Origin: an uncultured Armatimonadia bacterium
Lineage (GTDB): Bacteria > Armatimonadota > Zipacnadia > Zipacnadales > UBA11051
Reading direction: 5' to 3'
DNA length: 64,000 bases
NCBI GenBank assembly: GCA_964549395.1
Contig: CAZJVY010000006.1
Location: 6,972 to 70,971, forward strand
In this document: positions 9,352 to 18,588 of the stretch, one piece after another
How the letters are laid out: every line of letters starts with the position of its first letter
How positions within the stretch are numbered: the stretch's first letter is position 1
Translations under genes and position numbers: made by a program
Notes under the pieces: model-generated
Seen by the model: the letters and a program-made list of their open reading frames with translations, nothing else
What the model was told of the DNA's origin: nothing
The model's database searches: none

Positions 9352-9737
9352 GACGGGGAGCGACACTCATCTCGACATTGGTGGGAATGGCCATCCTGGC
9401 CGCGGTGCTGGGGGCCACGGTACACATCTACTCTCTCGGCAGCCTCGCCGCCGGCGTCGCCGAGAGCCGCAGCATCGCTCTAATGGTTGCTGAGACACAA
9501 CTGGAGACCATGCAGGCGGAAGGATATGCAGCGCTTCCTGCAATCGGCGAGTATCCTCTGCACGTGCCGATGCTTGGCAAACTGCCGGGAGCAGCGGGAA
9601 CGCTCACGGTCGCTCAAGGGCCGGACCCGCAAAGCCGCACGGTCAGTGTGAAGATAGCGTGGCAGCAGCGCCCCGGACGCCCCACTTCAGCCGTCACCCT
9701 CAGCCGCATTATCGCCGCCGGGGGGATGAGCCGATGA
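9348..9737 (+). CDS. minor pseudopilin-like protein (GspI-like; non-canonical N-terminus lacking Glu+5)
   Basis: RRG|ATLISTLVGMAILAAV hydrophobic N-terminal helix. Translationally coupled within the operon. Confidence 0.45.
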   Translation: MRRGATLISTLVGMAILAAVLGATVHIYSLGSLAAGVAESRSIALMVAETQLETMQAEGYAALPAIGEYPLHVPMLGKLPGAAGTLTVAQGPDPQSRTVSVKIAWQQRPGRPTSAVTLSRIIAAGGMSR

Positions 9738-10165
9738 ACCGCAGGGGCATCACGCTGCTGGAGACACTCATCGCAATCGCGGTCTTCACCGTGCTCATCT
9801 CGTTGGTGCTGAGAATGTTCTTTCTCGGTGACAGGGCCATGATGCGCAGCGAGGCCGGGCTGAAAGCGACGTTGGGCCGCGTCGCCCTGCAATCCCAGTT
9901 GCGCAATGATATCTGGATGGCAACGCAGTTCCAGAGTGCCGCCGATGACATGGCAACATTCATCATGCCTGACGGGACTGTTGCGATCTATGCGCCTGCT
10001 GCAGGTGGCAAGGTATCGCGCACCTGCAGCGGCGAGGAGACTCTGTACAAAGGCACCTTGGTGTTCTCGGAGGGCAAGCACGGTCTGATAGCAGTGCTCG
10101 GCCAGGACACCGCCGAGTGGGGCTTCGCAGCCCGGATGCGCAATAAGGCGCGTGAGCGGCGATGA
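9734..10165 (+). CDS. pseudopilin with prepilin-type N-terminal cleavage/methylation motif (GspH/J-like)
   Basis: MNRRG|ITLLETLIAIAVFTVL with Glu at +5. Start placed at ATG 9734, overlapping the previous stop (ATGA). Confidence 0.6.
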   Translation: MNRRGITLLETLIAIAVFTVLISLVLRMFFLGDRAMMRSEAGLKATLGRVALQSQLRNDIWMATQFQSAADDMATFIMPDGTVAIYAPAAGGKVSRTCSGEETLYKGTLVFSEGKHGLIAVLGQDTAEWGFAARMRNKARERR

Positions 10166-10623
10166 GATGCAGCAGGCGAAGAGGAGCGGCATTGCTGCTA
10201 GCGGTGATTCTCGTAGGCACCGCGGCGATGCTGGGCATGGCCGCATACGTGACGACCGTGGCCGTCGGCGCCGCCCGCGTGCAACACCAGCGCGATACGC
10301 TGCAGTGCGTCTATGCGGCGGAGAGCGGCATCGAACTGGCCATGGCGCGCGCCAACCGGGGTGTCATCGCTGATGGGCCGATAGCCGGCAGCGTCGGCAC
10401 CGCGCTCTTCACCGCCCGCGCCGTGCAGACAGACGGCAAGCTGACCATCACCTCCGACGGCATCCAACAGCGCCCCGGACGCGCGCAACTGGTACGCCGC
10501 ATCGAGGTGGTATGCCGCCGTTCGAACGGCACGTACCAGATCAGCCGGTGGCGGACGTTGCCGCCGCCCGAACCCGAAGCGATTGAGCCGGCACCGATTG
10601 GCCCGCAGGAGGAGAACCGATGA
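10162..10623 (+). CDS. minor pseudopilin-like protein (GspK-like, no Glu+5)
   Basis: RRRG|AALLLAVILVGTAAML N-terminal hydrophobic segment. ATGA overlap with neighbours. Confidence 0.45.
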   Translation: MRCSRRRGAALLLAVILVGTAAMLGMAAYVTTVAVGAARVQHQRDTLQCVYAAESGIELAMARANRGVIADGPIAGSVGTALFTARAVQTDGKLTITSDGIQQRPGRAQLVRRIEVVCRRSNGTYQISRWRTLPPPEPEAIEPAPIGPQEENR

Positions 10624-11180
10624 CCTACCGGCGCGGCTTCATGTATGCGGATGTGCTCTGCACGCTGGCCGTCATCGGCCTCATGTACGCCCTGGTGATG
10701 GGCTACGCAACGCGCGCGGTGACGCATACCCGGACTGCGGCATGTGCACACAACATGCACGAAATCGGGGTGGCACTACGCGCGTATGCATTGGACTATG
10801 GCGGCGCCTTTCCGGCGCAGCAATGTGGCCTGGAAGCCCTTTGGGACAAGTATGCGGCAGACAAGGGGATTCTAGTGTGCCCGCAGGTGGAGGTTCTTGC
10901 GAAAACGCAGAAGGACGACGTGCCGCCATCGCGGGTGGCGGGCCGCACTGATTTACTGGTGGACTATGTCTATCGCGGCGGCCTCTATGGCGATGACCTG
11001 CCGTCTCTCCCCGTTGCGATGGACTACCTGGCCCGACAGCACCAGGGCGGCGCGAACGTGTTGTATCTGGATGGGCATGTGCAGTGGCGCGCCTTCCCCG
11101 AGACGCACATCTTCAGCAGGCAAATGCTCACCTCCGGGGCGCTGGACGGAACCCCGCCGCTACGGGGGGATAAGCCATGA
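10620..11180 (+). CDS. prepilin-type N-terminal domain protein, DUF1559 family (H-X9-DG type)
   Basis: RRG|FMYADVL N-terminus. Characteristic C-terminal LYLDGHVQW (DGH) motif. Confidence 0.65.
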   Translation: MTYRRGFMYADVLCTLAVIGLMYALVMGYATRAVTHTRTAACAHNMHEIGVALRAYALDYGGAFPAQQCGLEALWDKYAADKGILVCPQVEVLAKTQKDDVPPSRVAGRTDLLVDYVYRGGLYGDDLPSLPVAMDYLARQHQGGANVLYLDGHVQWRAFPETHIFSRQMLTSGALDGTPPLRGDKP

Positions 11181-11692
11181 AACGCGGCTTCATACTTGTT
11201 GAATTTGCGAGTGCCGTGGCGATCATTGCTATTCTGGCGGCCATCCTGTTTCCGGTCTTCGCGCGAGCCAGGGAGAAGGCCCGCCAATCGAACTGCCTCA
11301 CCAACATGCTGAACGTCGGAGTGAGCCTGCGCCAGTATGCCGCCGACTACTGCGGTGGCTTTCCGCCGAACGATCTCGATTTCACACCCCTACTCCACAA
11401 GTACCTGCCCGACGAGCGGGTGCTCGACTGCCCCAGCACGACTCGCACGTTCGATGGCACCGAAGGCGACTACTCCTACAAGGGCGGCTATCGCGACGAC
11501 GACCGTGGCGACCTGGTTCTGATGATGGAGCGAATCCTCAATGCCCACAACGAGGGCTGCAACTATCTTTGCATAGATGGTCACGCGAGGTGGTTCAAAG
11601 CTTCCTCTCAGTGTGTCCCGTCCGATGTAAAGTCAATGCCCGGGGTTGACACAAGCCCCTTGGGCAATTCATTCGGAGAGTTCACGCCATGA
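11177..11692 (+). CDS. prepilin-type N-terminal cleavage/methylation domain protein, DUF1559 family
   Basis: MKRG|FILVEF...IAILAAILFPVFARAREKARQSNC hallmark N-terminus. C-terminal CIDGHARW. Confidence 0.75.
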   Translation: MKRGFILVEFASAVAIIAILAAILFPVFARAREKARQSNCLTNMLNVGVSLRQYAADYCGGFPPNDLDFTPLLHKYLPDERVLDCPSTTRTFDGTEGDYSYKGGYRDDDRGDLVLMMERILNAHNEGCNYLCIDGHARWFKASSQCVPSDVKSMPGVDTSPLGNSFGEFTP

Positions 11693-12348
11693 AACGGCAG
11701 CATATCATAAGAATAGTCGGCAAGCGCGCATTCTGTCTCGCGGACTTGCTGATAACCATAGCAATGATCGCGATCCTCGCCGCGATTCTGTTTCCGGTAT
11801 TCGCCCGCGCCCGCGAGAAGGCGCGAGCCGCGACGTGCACGAGCAACCTGGTGAATATCGCGCTCGCCCTGCGCAACTATGCCGCAGACAACGACATGCG
11901 CTATCCGCCGCGTGACAATGACCTGTCCCCGCTGTGGCCGGTGTATGTCAACACCCGCCTGACCTTTGCCTGCCCCAGCATATCGGCCGGCAAGCCGATG
12001 GGAATGATGCCGGCGGACGAGCCTCCGCAGCCTCCCACTGGTGGACCGCCACCTCCTCCGGATGTTTCGACTACGCCGCCGCCCGGACCGCCTGTACAGC
12101 AGCCGCCACCAGCGGCCATGCCTCCGCCGGAGGACGCACCTGAGGTGACGCTGGAAACGGGCTATTTCTACGTCAGCGGCTACCGCTACGACCAGTTCAT
12201 ACGCCGGATGCCGCTGTCGGGAGACTCAGGCGCAAGCCGGCACAATGACAGGGCCAATGTGCTCTTCACGGACGGCTCGCTTGGACTGTGGACAAGAGCG
12301 GACTACCTCCGGGCAGGGCTGCAACGCTATGCATGGATGGATGATTGA
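11689..12348 (+). CDS. DUF1559-family prepilin-type protein with proline-rich linker
   Basis: IAILAAILFPVFARAREKARAATC. Pro-rich insert PPQPPTGGPPPPPD...PPPGPP. C-terminal FTDGSLGLW. Confidence 0.7.
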   Translation: MKRQHIIRIVGKRAFCLADLLITIAMIAILAAILFPVFARAREKARAATCTSNLVNIALALRNYAADNDMRYPPRDNDLSPLWPVYVNTRLTFACPSISAGKPMGMMPADEPPQPPTGGPPPPPDVSTTPPPGPPVQQPPPAAMPPPEDAPEVTLETGYFYVSGYRYDQFIRRMPLSGDSGASRHNDRANVLFTDGSLGLWTRADYLRAGLQRYAWMDD

Positions 12349-12914
12349 TGCGAACCGGACGGGCCGCAAACAGGGGATTCAGCGGACTTGAGCTGCTCAT
12401 GGTCATGTTGATACTGACCGGCCTGACGGCGTTCGTTGTGCTGATTGGAGCACAGGCACGCTCCAAGGCGCGTGAGAACAACTGCCTGAGCAATCTGAAG
12501 CAGCTCGCGCACGCTGCGGCGATGTACGCCGCAGATTACGGCGGCCGCTACCCCCGCGACAGCTTCGCCAACGGACTGATGCCTTACATCAAGAATGAGC
12601 AGGTACTGCGCTGCCCCACGCAAGGCGTCTGGCGTGGCTCCTTTGACACTCAAGCCGAGTTGCGCGAAGCCGGGGAGAACTTCAGTTGGTATCGGGACGA
12701 GCAGGGCAAGCTGACGGTCATTGACTATTACTTCGTACCCGGTCTGTGCAGCGATGACCGGCCTGACACGATACTAGCATACGATGACATCCCGGACCGC
12801 CACCCGCACAAGTCCTTCAACATGGTGCGGCTTGACGGCGCGGGCTGGAAGCTGCCGGCCGGACGATGGCCCGGCGTTCCTGCTCAGGTCAAGGAGGTTG
12901 CTGGCAATGAATAG
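12345..12914 (+). CDS. DUF1559-family prepilin-type protein
   Basis: RG|FSGLELLMVMLILTGL...ARSKARENNCLSNLKQL. C-terminal RLDGAGW. Confidence 0.6.
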   Translation: MMRTGRAANRGFSGLELLMVMLILTGLTAFVVLIGAQARSKARENNCLSNLKQLAHAAAMYAADYGGRYPRDSFANGLMPYIKNEQVLRCPTQGVWRGSFDTQAELREAGENFSWYRDEQGKLTVIDYYFVPGLCSDDRPDTILAYDDIPDRHPHKSFNMVRLDGAGWKLPAGRWPGVPAQVKEVAGNE

Positions 12915-13446
12915 ATGTGGATTTACGCTGATAGAACTGCTGGTGGTAATCGCGATTATCGCGATCCTGTCCGCCATGCTGATGCCGTCGTACTCGACCA
13001 CCAATGACCGCAGCCGCGTGGCGGAATGCAACACGAATCTGACCTCGATCTACCTGGGTATCCAGATGTGGGTGGAGGATCACGGGACGCGCCCCGAGAG
13101 TCTGCAGCAGCTCTATGAGAAGGGATACGTGACCGACGAGTCCATCCTGCGCTGTACAAAGACCGGCGCGGAGTACTACTACAATCCGGCCGCGGGGAAG
13201 GACGAGATACTGGCCGCCTGCGTGCATCCCCATACTGAGAGTGGCAAGCGCCCGCACTCGTTCAGGCAATCGTATGCTGCGCTGCTGGGCGGCGGCAGGC
13301 TGGTCGAGATCGGTCGCAAGACCTACTCCTTGCCTGACTACGGCGTTAAGGAAACGCCCGAGGAAGAGGAGAACAGGACACGGATTCCGCCGCCTGGTCC
13401 TCCTCCATCCGCTCCTCCTCCGCCACCCCCACCCCCATCCCCATAG
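12907..13446 (+). CDS. prepilin-type N-terminal cleavage/methylation protein (DUF1559-like) with poly-Pro C-terminus
   Basis: MNRCG|FTLIELLVVIAIIAILSAML. Start at ATG 12907, overlapping the previous stop. Ends PPPGPPPSAPPPPPPPPSP. Confidence 0.6.
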   Translation: MNRCGFTLIELLVVIAIIAILSAMLMPSYSTTNDRSRVAECNTNLTSIYLGIQMWVEDHGTRPESLQQLYEKGYVTDESILRCTKTGAEYYYNPAAGKDEILAACVHPHTESGKRPHSFRQSYAALLGGGRLVEIGRKTYSLPDYGVKETPEEEENRTRIPPPGPPPSAPPPPPPPPSP

Positions 13447-13599
13447 TGCTGTTCTCTTGCAGATGGACAAACGCCGGCCGCTCGCGTGGCCGGCGTTTGC
13501 GTTTGGTGTTTTCCCAATCGTGGAGGCCAAGGCCGCTTGGCCGGCGAAATTGAGCCATCGCGGAAGTCCGATGTACCAGCCGCAGAAGGGGGCAGTCAC

Positions 13600-16500
13600 A
13601 TGCGCATCTGTAGTCTGATCTGTCTGATTATGGGAGGAATACTCATCATGAGCGGACTTGTCTTGGGCGGCGCGGTTGAGGATGAACCGTTGGTGGACTG
13701 GTCACTGTGGGAGAAGTACCGCAAGACGGTCCAGCACCCGGCCGGCTATATCAATGCACAAGACCTGGAAAACGCGCGGGAAAACATCAAACGTTATGAT
13801 TGGGCGCGCGATTTCGCCAAGTCCGCCGAAGACACCGTGCTCCCGCACCTGCAGCGGCTGACGCCGGAGTTCATCGAGAGCATGATACCGACCACGACGT
13901 GCATTCCGTGCTACCAGTGCCCGGCGTGTCACGACAAGGGACTGCCCGGTCACCCCGGTGGGGAATGGAGTTGGTCGCTGGACAACCCCGACGTCATAAC
14001 GTGTCGGCGCTGCGGCACCGTATTCCCCAATGACGAGTACCCGGAGACTATCGTGTTGGAGTGCAAGTCGGAAGCCGGCAAGGGCCAGAAGTTCAGCTTC
14101 TATGGCGCTAAGACTTTCAGGCAGTGGGGCTATCCCAACTACCGCCCCAGCTTCTCTAGCGGCATCAGGGCCCAGAAGATAGGCTGGTGCAAGAGCATGG
14201 TCTACCGCCTCGCGCGAGCCTACGCGCTGACCGGCAAGCCCGAGTACGCCGAGCCCACCAGGCTGCTGCTTCTGCGCTTTGCGGAGGTGTATCCCAACTG
14301 GCTGCTGGTGTCCACGTACGGCGAGATTGCCGACATGGACCCGCACGTGGCGGCCTTCAGCATGGACAGCCTTCCCGAGGATGAACTGGTGCACCCGCCC
14401 AACAAGCCCGACCGCAAGCTCTACAACGGCTCGTGGGCGGGCTGCAGATGCGGCGGCGGAGGCCAGGAGGGCTATGCGACCGGCATGTTCCTATCGGCGT
14501 ACGAGTTGACCTACGACGCCAGGAAGGCCGATGGCACGCCGCTGTACAGCGAGGAGGAACGCATCAAGATCGAGCACGACCTGATCCTGGAAAGCTGTGT
14601 GCACCTCGTCGCCGAGAAGCGGATTAACAACAAATCGGTCGGCAACCGCATCGCAGTGGCGAATGTCGGCATCGCTCTGGGGCATCCCGGCTTCGTGCGC
14701 TTCGGCCTCGAAGGCTGGGACCTGACCATGAATAACTGGTTCCTGGCTGACGGCTGCACGCCCGAATCGCCGGCATACGCGCTGATGAGCCTGGGGGGAG
14801 TATACTCACTAGGACAGTCAATCCGTGGCTACTCCGATCCACCCGGCTACACGGATGAAAACGGCAAGCACATCGAGGGGCTGAACCTCTACGAAGGCAG
14901 GTACAAGCTGGTCTGGCAGCGGATGCTGGAGGGTCTACAGGGCAATCTGGTCTATCCCCCGTATGCCGATTCCTATCGCACCTCGGGCATCGGTACGCGC
15001 TTCGCCGAGTTGCTGGCGGCCAATTACCCCGACAACCCGCAATGCCTGGCACTGCTGAAGGCGTATGCCGGCGATGACCTGGGCAAATGCGACCAGGAAA
15101 CGGCCATCTTCTTCAGGAGGCCGGGCCTGGAAGAGAAGCAAGCCCCACCGCTTCATTTTGACGACAACTTCTTCCCGATACTCTGTCTGGGGCAGGTGCG
15201 CACCGGTGAGGATGGCCGCACATCTCTGGCGCTGTTGAGCGCCACTCACTCGGGCGGACATCATCATGTTGACAGCCTCAACCTGTACTACTGGAAGGAC
15301 GGGCAGGAACTGCTGACAGACCTCGGCTACCTCTGGGATCACCCGAAGGCAGGCATGACCCGTCGCACCTTCTCCCACAACACCGGGATGGTTGACCTCA
15401 AAGAGCAGAAGATGAAGGGACGCGGCGGGCAATTCCACCTCTTCCATACCGGTGACAGCGTCAAGGTGATGGAAGCGTCCTCCAACGCATACGACGGTGC
15501 CGATGTCTACCGCCGCACGGTCGTGCAGATTGACCATGCGCCTGGGAACTCCTACATTGCCGACATCTTCAGGCTGCGTGCCGATGGCTCGCGCGACCTG
15601 GTCTATCACGGGCCTAACAGCGATTACGAAGTCTCCGGCATCCAGTTGCAGCAGGGCGACATAGTCCTCGCCGCCGAGAAGCAGATGCGCTTCGGCGTGC
15701 GCTTCCACGTCACCGGCAAGACGGATGAGATCTACGTGGACGATGTGAGTATCAAGCTTGCCGACGGGCGGGAGCTGGCAGCCAATCCCTCCGCCTCGGA
15801 GTTGAGTGCGAAGGGGCAGCTTGTCGGCTGGGGCCGCTACGGTGGCAGCGGAACGGCGCAATCAGGCCCGAATTCACCCGGACGCACTGACGAGCGCTGC
15901 GCCTACCTGAAAATCACCGGCGGAGAGGATGTCAACCAGGCGCTGATACAGGGCGACACCAACGGCTATACGGGTCCGAACGCCCTGGAAATGCCCCTCG
16001 GCAGCGAGGGAAAAGTGAGCTTCTGGATTCGCGGCAATGCCGCCACCTGCAGTGTCGGATTTGTGACCTGGCCCAACGACCCCAATGACCCCGGTGACCG
16101 TGCCCACATCGGCCTCGCTTCAGTGCCTGTCACCGACCAGTGGGTTCAGCACACATTGGACTTCTCGCTCAAGCGCAGCGGCATGGACCTTGGGAATGTG
16201 AAATCGGCGCACAGTCCGGATAGTTGGAGCGCTGTCTGGAAAGTGGGGGATGCCCTGCTGTTCTCGGCGCACCATTGCGGCCAGCGCGGCGAACTGACAT
16301 ACATCGGCGACGGCTGGGGCCAACGCGACTGGCGCAACACCGACATCGGCGCCACCATTCCGTACATCGTCCGTCGCCACAGGCCCGACAGCGGCGTCTC
16401 AGCCTTCGCTACCGTCTATGAGGCCCACCCGCCGGACGCGGCGCTTGTTAAATCGGCCTATCGTCTCGCAGTGCCGGAAGAGCAGCGCGACAATCTGGTT

Positions 16501-16749
16501 GCGCTTGCAGTCGAGACCGCCACGGGCACGGATATCGTCATAAGCCAATTGGACCCGGCGGAGACTGAGCTGGATACGCCTGCAGGAAGGGTGCAGACGG
16601 ATGCCGCTGTAGCCGTCATTGCCCTGCAGAACGGTCGTGTCGTTTTCAGCGCGGTTGCCGAGGGAGCTGCGTTGCGCCTCAACGGGGCGGACCTTGCGGC
16701 CCAGAGACTGCGCGCGGGTGAAGCCCTGGCGGAGCAAGTAAGCGAATAG
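13600..16749 (+). CDS. large secreted heparinase II/III-like protein, paralog 2, with double zinc ribbon
   Basis: Signal peptide MRICSLICLIMGGILIMSGLVLG with a GAAGGGGG RBS. CPACH...TCRRCGTVFPNDEY ribbon. GGHHHVDSLNLYYW...LTDLGY motif. Confidence 0.6.
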   Translation: MRICSLICLIMGGILIMSGLVLGGAVEDEPLVDWSLWEKYRKTVQHPAGYINAQDLENARENIKRYDWARDFAKSAEDTVLPHLQRLTPEFIESMIPTTTCIPCYQCPACHDKGLPGHPGGEWSWSLDNPDVITCRRCGTVFPNDEYPETIVLECKSEAGKGQKFSFYGAKTFRQWGYPNYRPSFSSGIRAQKIGWCKSMVYRLARAYALTGKPEYAEPTRLLLLRFAEVYPNWLLVSTYGEIADMDPHVAAFSMDSLPEDELVHPPNKPDRKLYNGSWAGCRCGGGGQEGYATGMFLSAYELTYDARKADGTPLYSEEERIKIEHDLILESCVHLVAEKRINNKSVGNRIAVANVGIALGHPGFVRFGLEGWDLTMNNWFLADGCTPESPAYALMSLGGVYSLGQSIRGYSDPPGYTDENGKHIEGLNLYEGRYKLVWQRMLEGLQGNLVYPPYADSYRTSGIGTRFAELLAANYPDNPQCLALLKAYAGDDLGKCDQETAIFFRRPGLEEKQAPPLHFDDNFFPILCLGQVRTGEDGRTSLALLSATHSGGHHHVDSLNLYYWKDGQELLTDLGYLWDHPKAGMTRRTFSHNTGMVDLKEQKMKGRGGQFHLFHTGDSVKVMEASSNAYDGADVYRRTVVQIDHAPGNSYIADIFRLRADGSRDLVYHGPNSDYEVSGIQLQQGDIVLAAEKQMRFGVRFHVTGKTDEIYVDDVSIKLADGRELAANPSASELSAKGQLVGWGRYGGSGTAQSGPNSPGRTDERCAYLKITGGEDVNQALIQGDTNGYTGPNALEMPLGSEGKVSFWIRGNAATCSVGFVTWPNDPNDPGDRAHIGLASVPVTDQWVQHTLDFSLKRSGMDLGNVKSAHSPDSWSAVWKVGDALLFSAHHCGQRGELTYIGDGWGQRDWRNTDIGATIPYIVRRHRPDSGVSAFATVYEAHPPDAALVKSAYRLAVPEEQRDNLVALAVETATGTDIVISQLDPAETELDTPAGRVQTDAAVAVIALQNGRVVFSAVAEGAALRLNGADLAAQRLRAGEALAEQVSE

Positions 16750-16760
16750 CCTTCGCAAAG

Positions 16761-17234
16761 GTGGTCCGGAGATTGGCCGAACAGTACCTGCCCGAATTGC
16801 ATGTTCCGACGCTACGGCTCATGGAGGGCGTAGCACGGGCACATGCCGCCGGCTCGGGGACGATCAGCCTACTTGAGGTGATCGAGCTTTTCCAGCTCGG
16901 CCTCAGCCGAGATGACCAGGCACGGCTCCGGCGTCGAGGCGGCCTGGCCATTACGAAAACGGGCGAACGCGGGGGCACATTCGAGAGCCGTGGAGATGAG
17001 CTAAGGCTAGATGTAGGGGGCCAGGCAATCACGGTGCCTGCCGTGCTCCAGGGCACGTATTGCTCCGATGCCGATGGCACCGAATTAGTCTTTCACACCG
17101 GCGCTACGGTGTATGTCGCCAAGCTTTTGTTTATCGAGATCGGCCTGGCATCTATCCGCGCTGACAGCACGCATATAGACATCCACCTCAGGCCGGGGAT
17201 TCATCAACGCTACCGCCACGCTCCGCCGGAGTAG
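16761..17234 (+). CDS. hypothetical small protein (GTG start), uncertain
   Basis: Non-low-complexity ORF in a convergent intergenic gap. Its stop is followed directly by a terminator-like hairpin with a T4 tail. No RBS and no recognisable motif. Confidence 0.3.
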   Translation: MVRRLAEQYLPELHVPTLRLMEGVARAHAAGSGTISLLEVIELFQLGLSRDDQARLRRRGGLAITKTGERGGTFESRGDELRLDVGGQAITVPAVLQGTYCSDADGTELVFHTGATVYVAKLLFIEIGLASIRADSTHIDIHLRPGIHQRYRHAPPE

Positions 17235-17236
17235 AC

Positions 17237-17262
17237 CCGCAAGTGGGGCGCCTCGCGGTTTT
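17237..17262 (+). terminator. candidate intrinsic terminator between convergent genes
   Basis: CCGCAAG-tggggcgc-CTCGCGG (7-bp stem with one mismatch) followed by TTTT. Confidence 0.35.
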
Positions 17263-17270
17263 GACGGCCG

Positions 17271-18494
17271 CTACATCAAGTCAAGGCAGGCCATGGCTTG
17301 CTTGTTGCGGACGATCAGCTTGCCGTTCGCGATGACCGGTGCCGTCCAACTCTGGCCGCCGAGCGGCTTGATGCGTCCCAGCTCCTGATAGCCGTCGGTT
17401 GACGCATTGACCATTACGACATCTCCCTGCTTGTCGTCCATAACGATCAGCACACCGTCAACTGCGACGAGGCCACCTTTCTGGAAGCCGGCTTGCCTCC
17501 ACATCACCTTCGGATCTCTCGTGTTCAGGCAGACCAGATGCCCCGAATCGCCCGTGCCGTAGACAAAGCGGTTGTAGAACACCGGCGAGCTGAAGTGGGA
17601 GACGATGAACTTCTCGGCCCAGTACTGGTCCGGGCCCTGGGGCGTTATCTCGAATAGTGCGCAGCCGTGATTGTAGCCGCTGGTGATGAAGACGAAGTTG
17701 CCGACCACGATCGGCATCGCGGCGTTCACGTCGTAGTTCGTCTGCCAGGGAACGCTCCACAGCAGCTTGCCATGGGCCGCATCAACGCCGATGAGCGACG
17801 TTGCCATGAATGCCACGTACTGCTTGCGGTCCAATATTGTGGCCACCACCGGCGTGGAGTACCCTGAGCCGTCGCTGCCGCCGCCCGTCCAAATCGTTTC
17901 TCCCGTAGCCTTGTTGAGAACGGCCACGGCCGCATTGGAGCCGCCCGGCAGGATTACCAGCCTGTCACCGTCAACCACCGGCGACCATGCGTAGTCCCAC
18001 TTCGGCCGCTTGCCGCCGAATTCGTTCACCATGTTACGGGACCACAGCTTCGTGCCGTTCTCGGCATTCAGACAGTGGAGAAGGCCGAGACGGCTGAGGG
18101 CGTAGATGCGGCCGTCTGAGAATACCGGCGTGGAACGCGCAAACCCGTAGTTGGGCTTATCGGTATCTTGATAGCTGTATCGCCAGACCTCCTTACCATC
18201 TTCTAGATTGAAGGCCTTGACGATGTCCTGGTCCCCCGCATGGTCTGTGATGAAGACCTTACCCCCGGCCACCGACGGACCCGCGAAGCCGTCGTCACCA
18301 AGTGACACGCGCCACAGGACCTGTGGCGGCCTCTGCCCCCAGTTCTTGTTGATCCCCGTGTCCGGAGCCAGGAAGTTGGCCGTCGGCCCGCCGAATTGAG
18401 GCCAGTCGGCCCCGAGAGCATCAAGGGCCGACAGTACCAGAATGGGTATGATGACCAGCTTGACCCCGCGAATCATCGCAACACCCCTGCGCAA
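17271..18494 (-). CDS. secreted PQQ-like / BamB-like beta-propeller repeat protein
   Basis: Signal peptide then DWPQFGG. Repeated ...G-x-V(Y/F)...DG-x-L-x-A-x-D-x-x-TG-x-x-x-W blades. About 370-aa propeller. Confidence 0.7.
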   Translation of the reverse strand: MRRGVAMIRGVKLVIIPILVLSALDALGADWPQFGGPTANFLAPDTGINKNWGQRPPQVLWRVSLGDDGFAGPSVAGGKVFITDHAGDQDIVKAFNLEDGKEVWRYSYQDTDKPNYGFARSTPVFSDGRIYALSRLGLLHCLNAENGTKLWSRNMVNEFGGKRPKWDYAWSPVVDGDRLVILPGGSNAAVAVLNKATGETIWTGGGSDGSGYSTPVVATILDRKQYVAFMATSLIGVDAAHGKLLWSVPWQTNYDVNAAMPIVVGNFVFITSGYNHGCALFEITPQGPDQYWAEKFIVSHFSSPVFYNRFVYGTGDSGHLVCLNTRDPKVMWRQAGFQKGGLVAVDGVLIVMDDKQGDVVMVNASTDGYQELGRIKPLGGQSWTAPVIANGKLIVRNKQAMACLDLM

Positions 18495-18588
18495 TGATGT
18501 TCAGTTTGCCTGCTTCACCGCTGCAACCATCTTCTGCATAGACGACAGAGCGCCCCCTGATGTTGCAGGAGTTTTCACCCCTGCCGCC

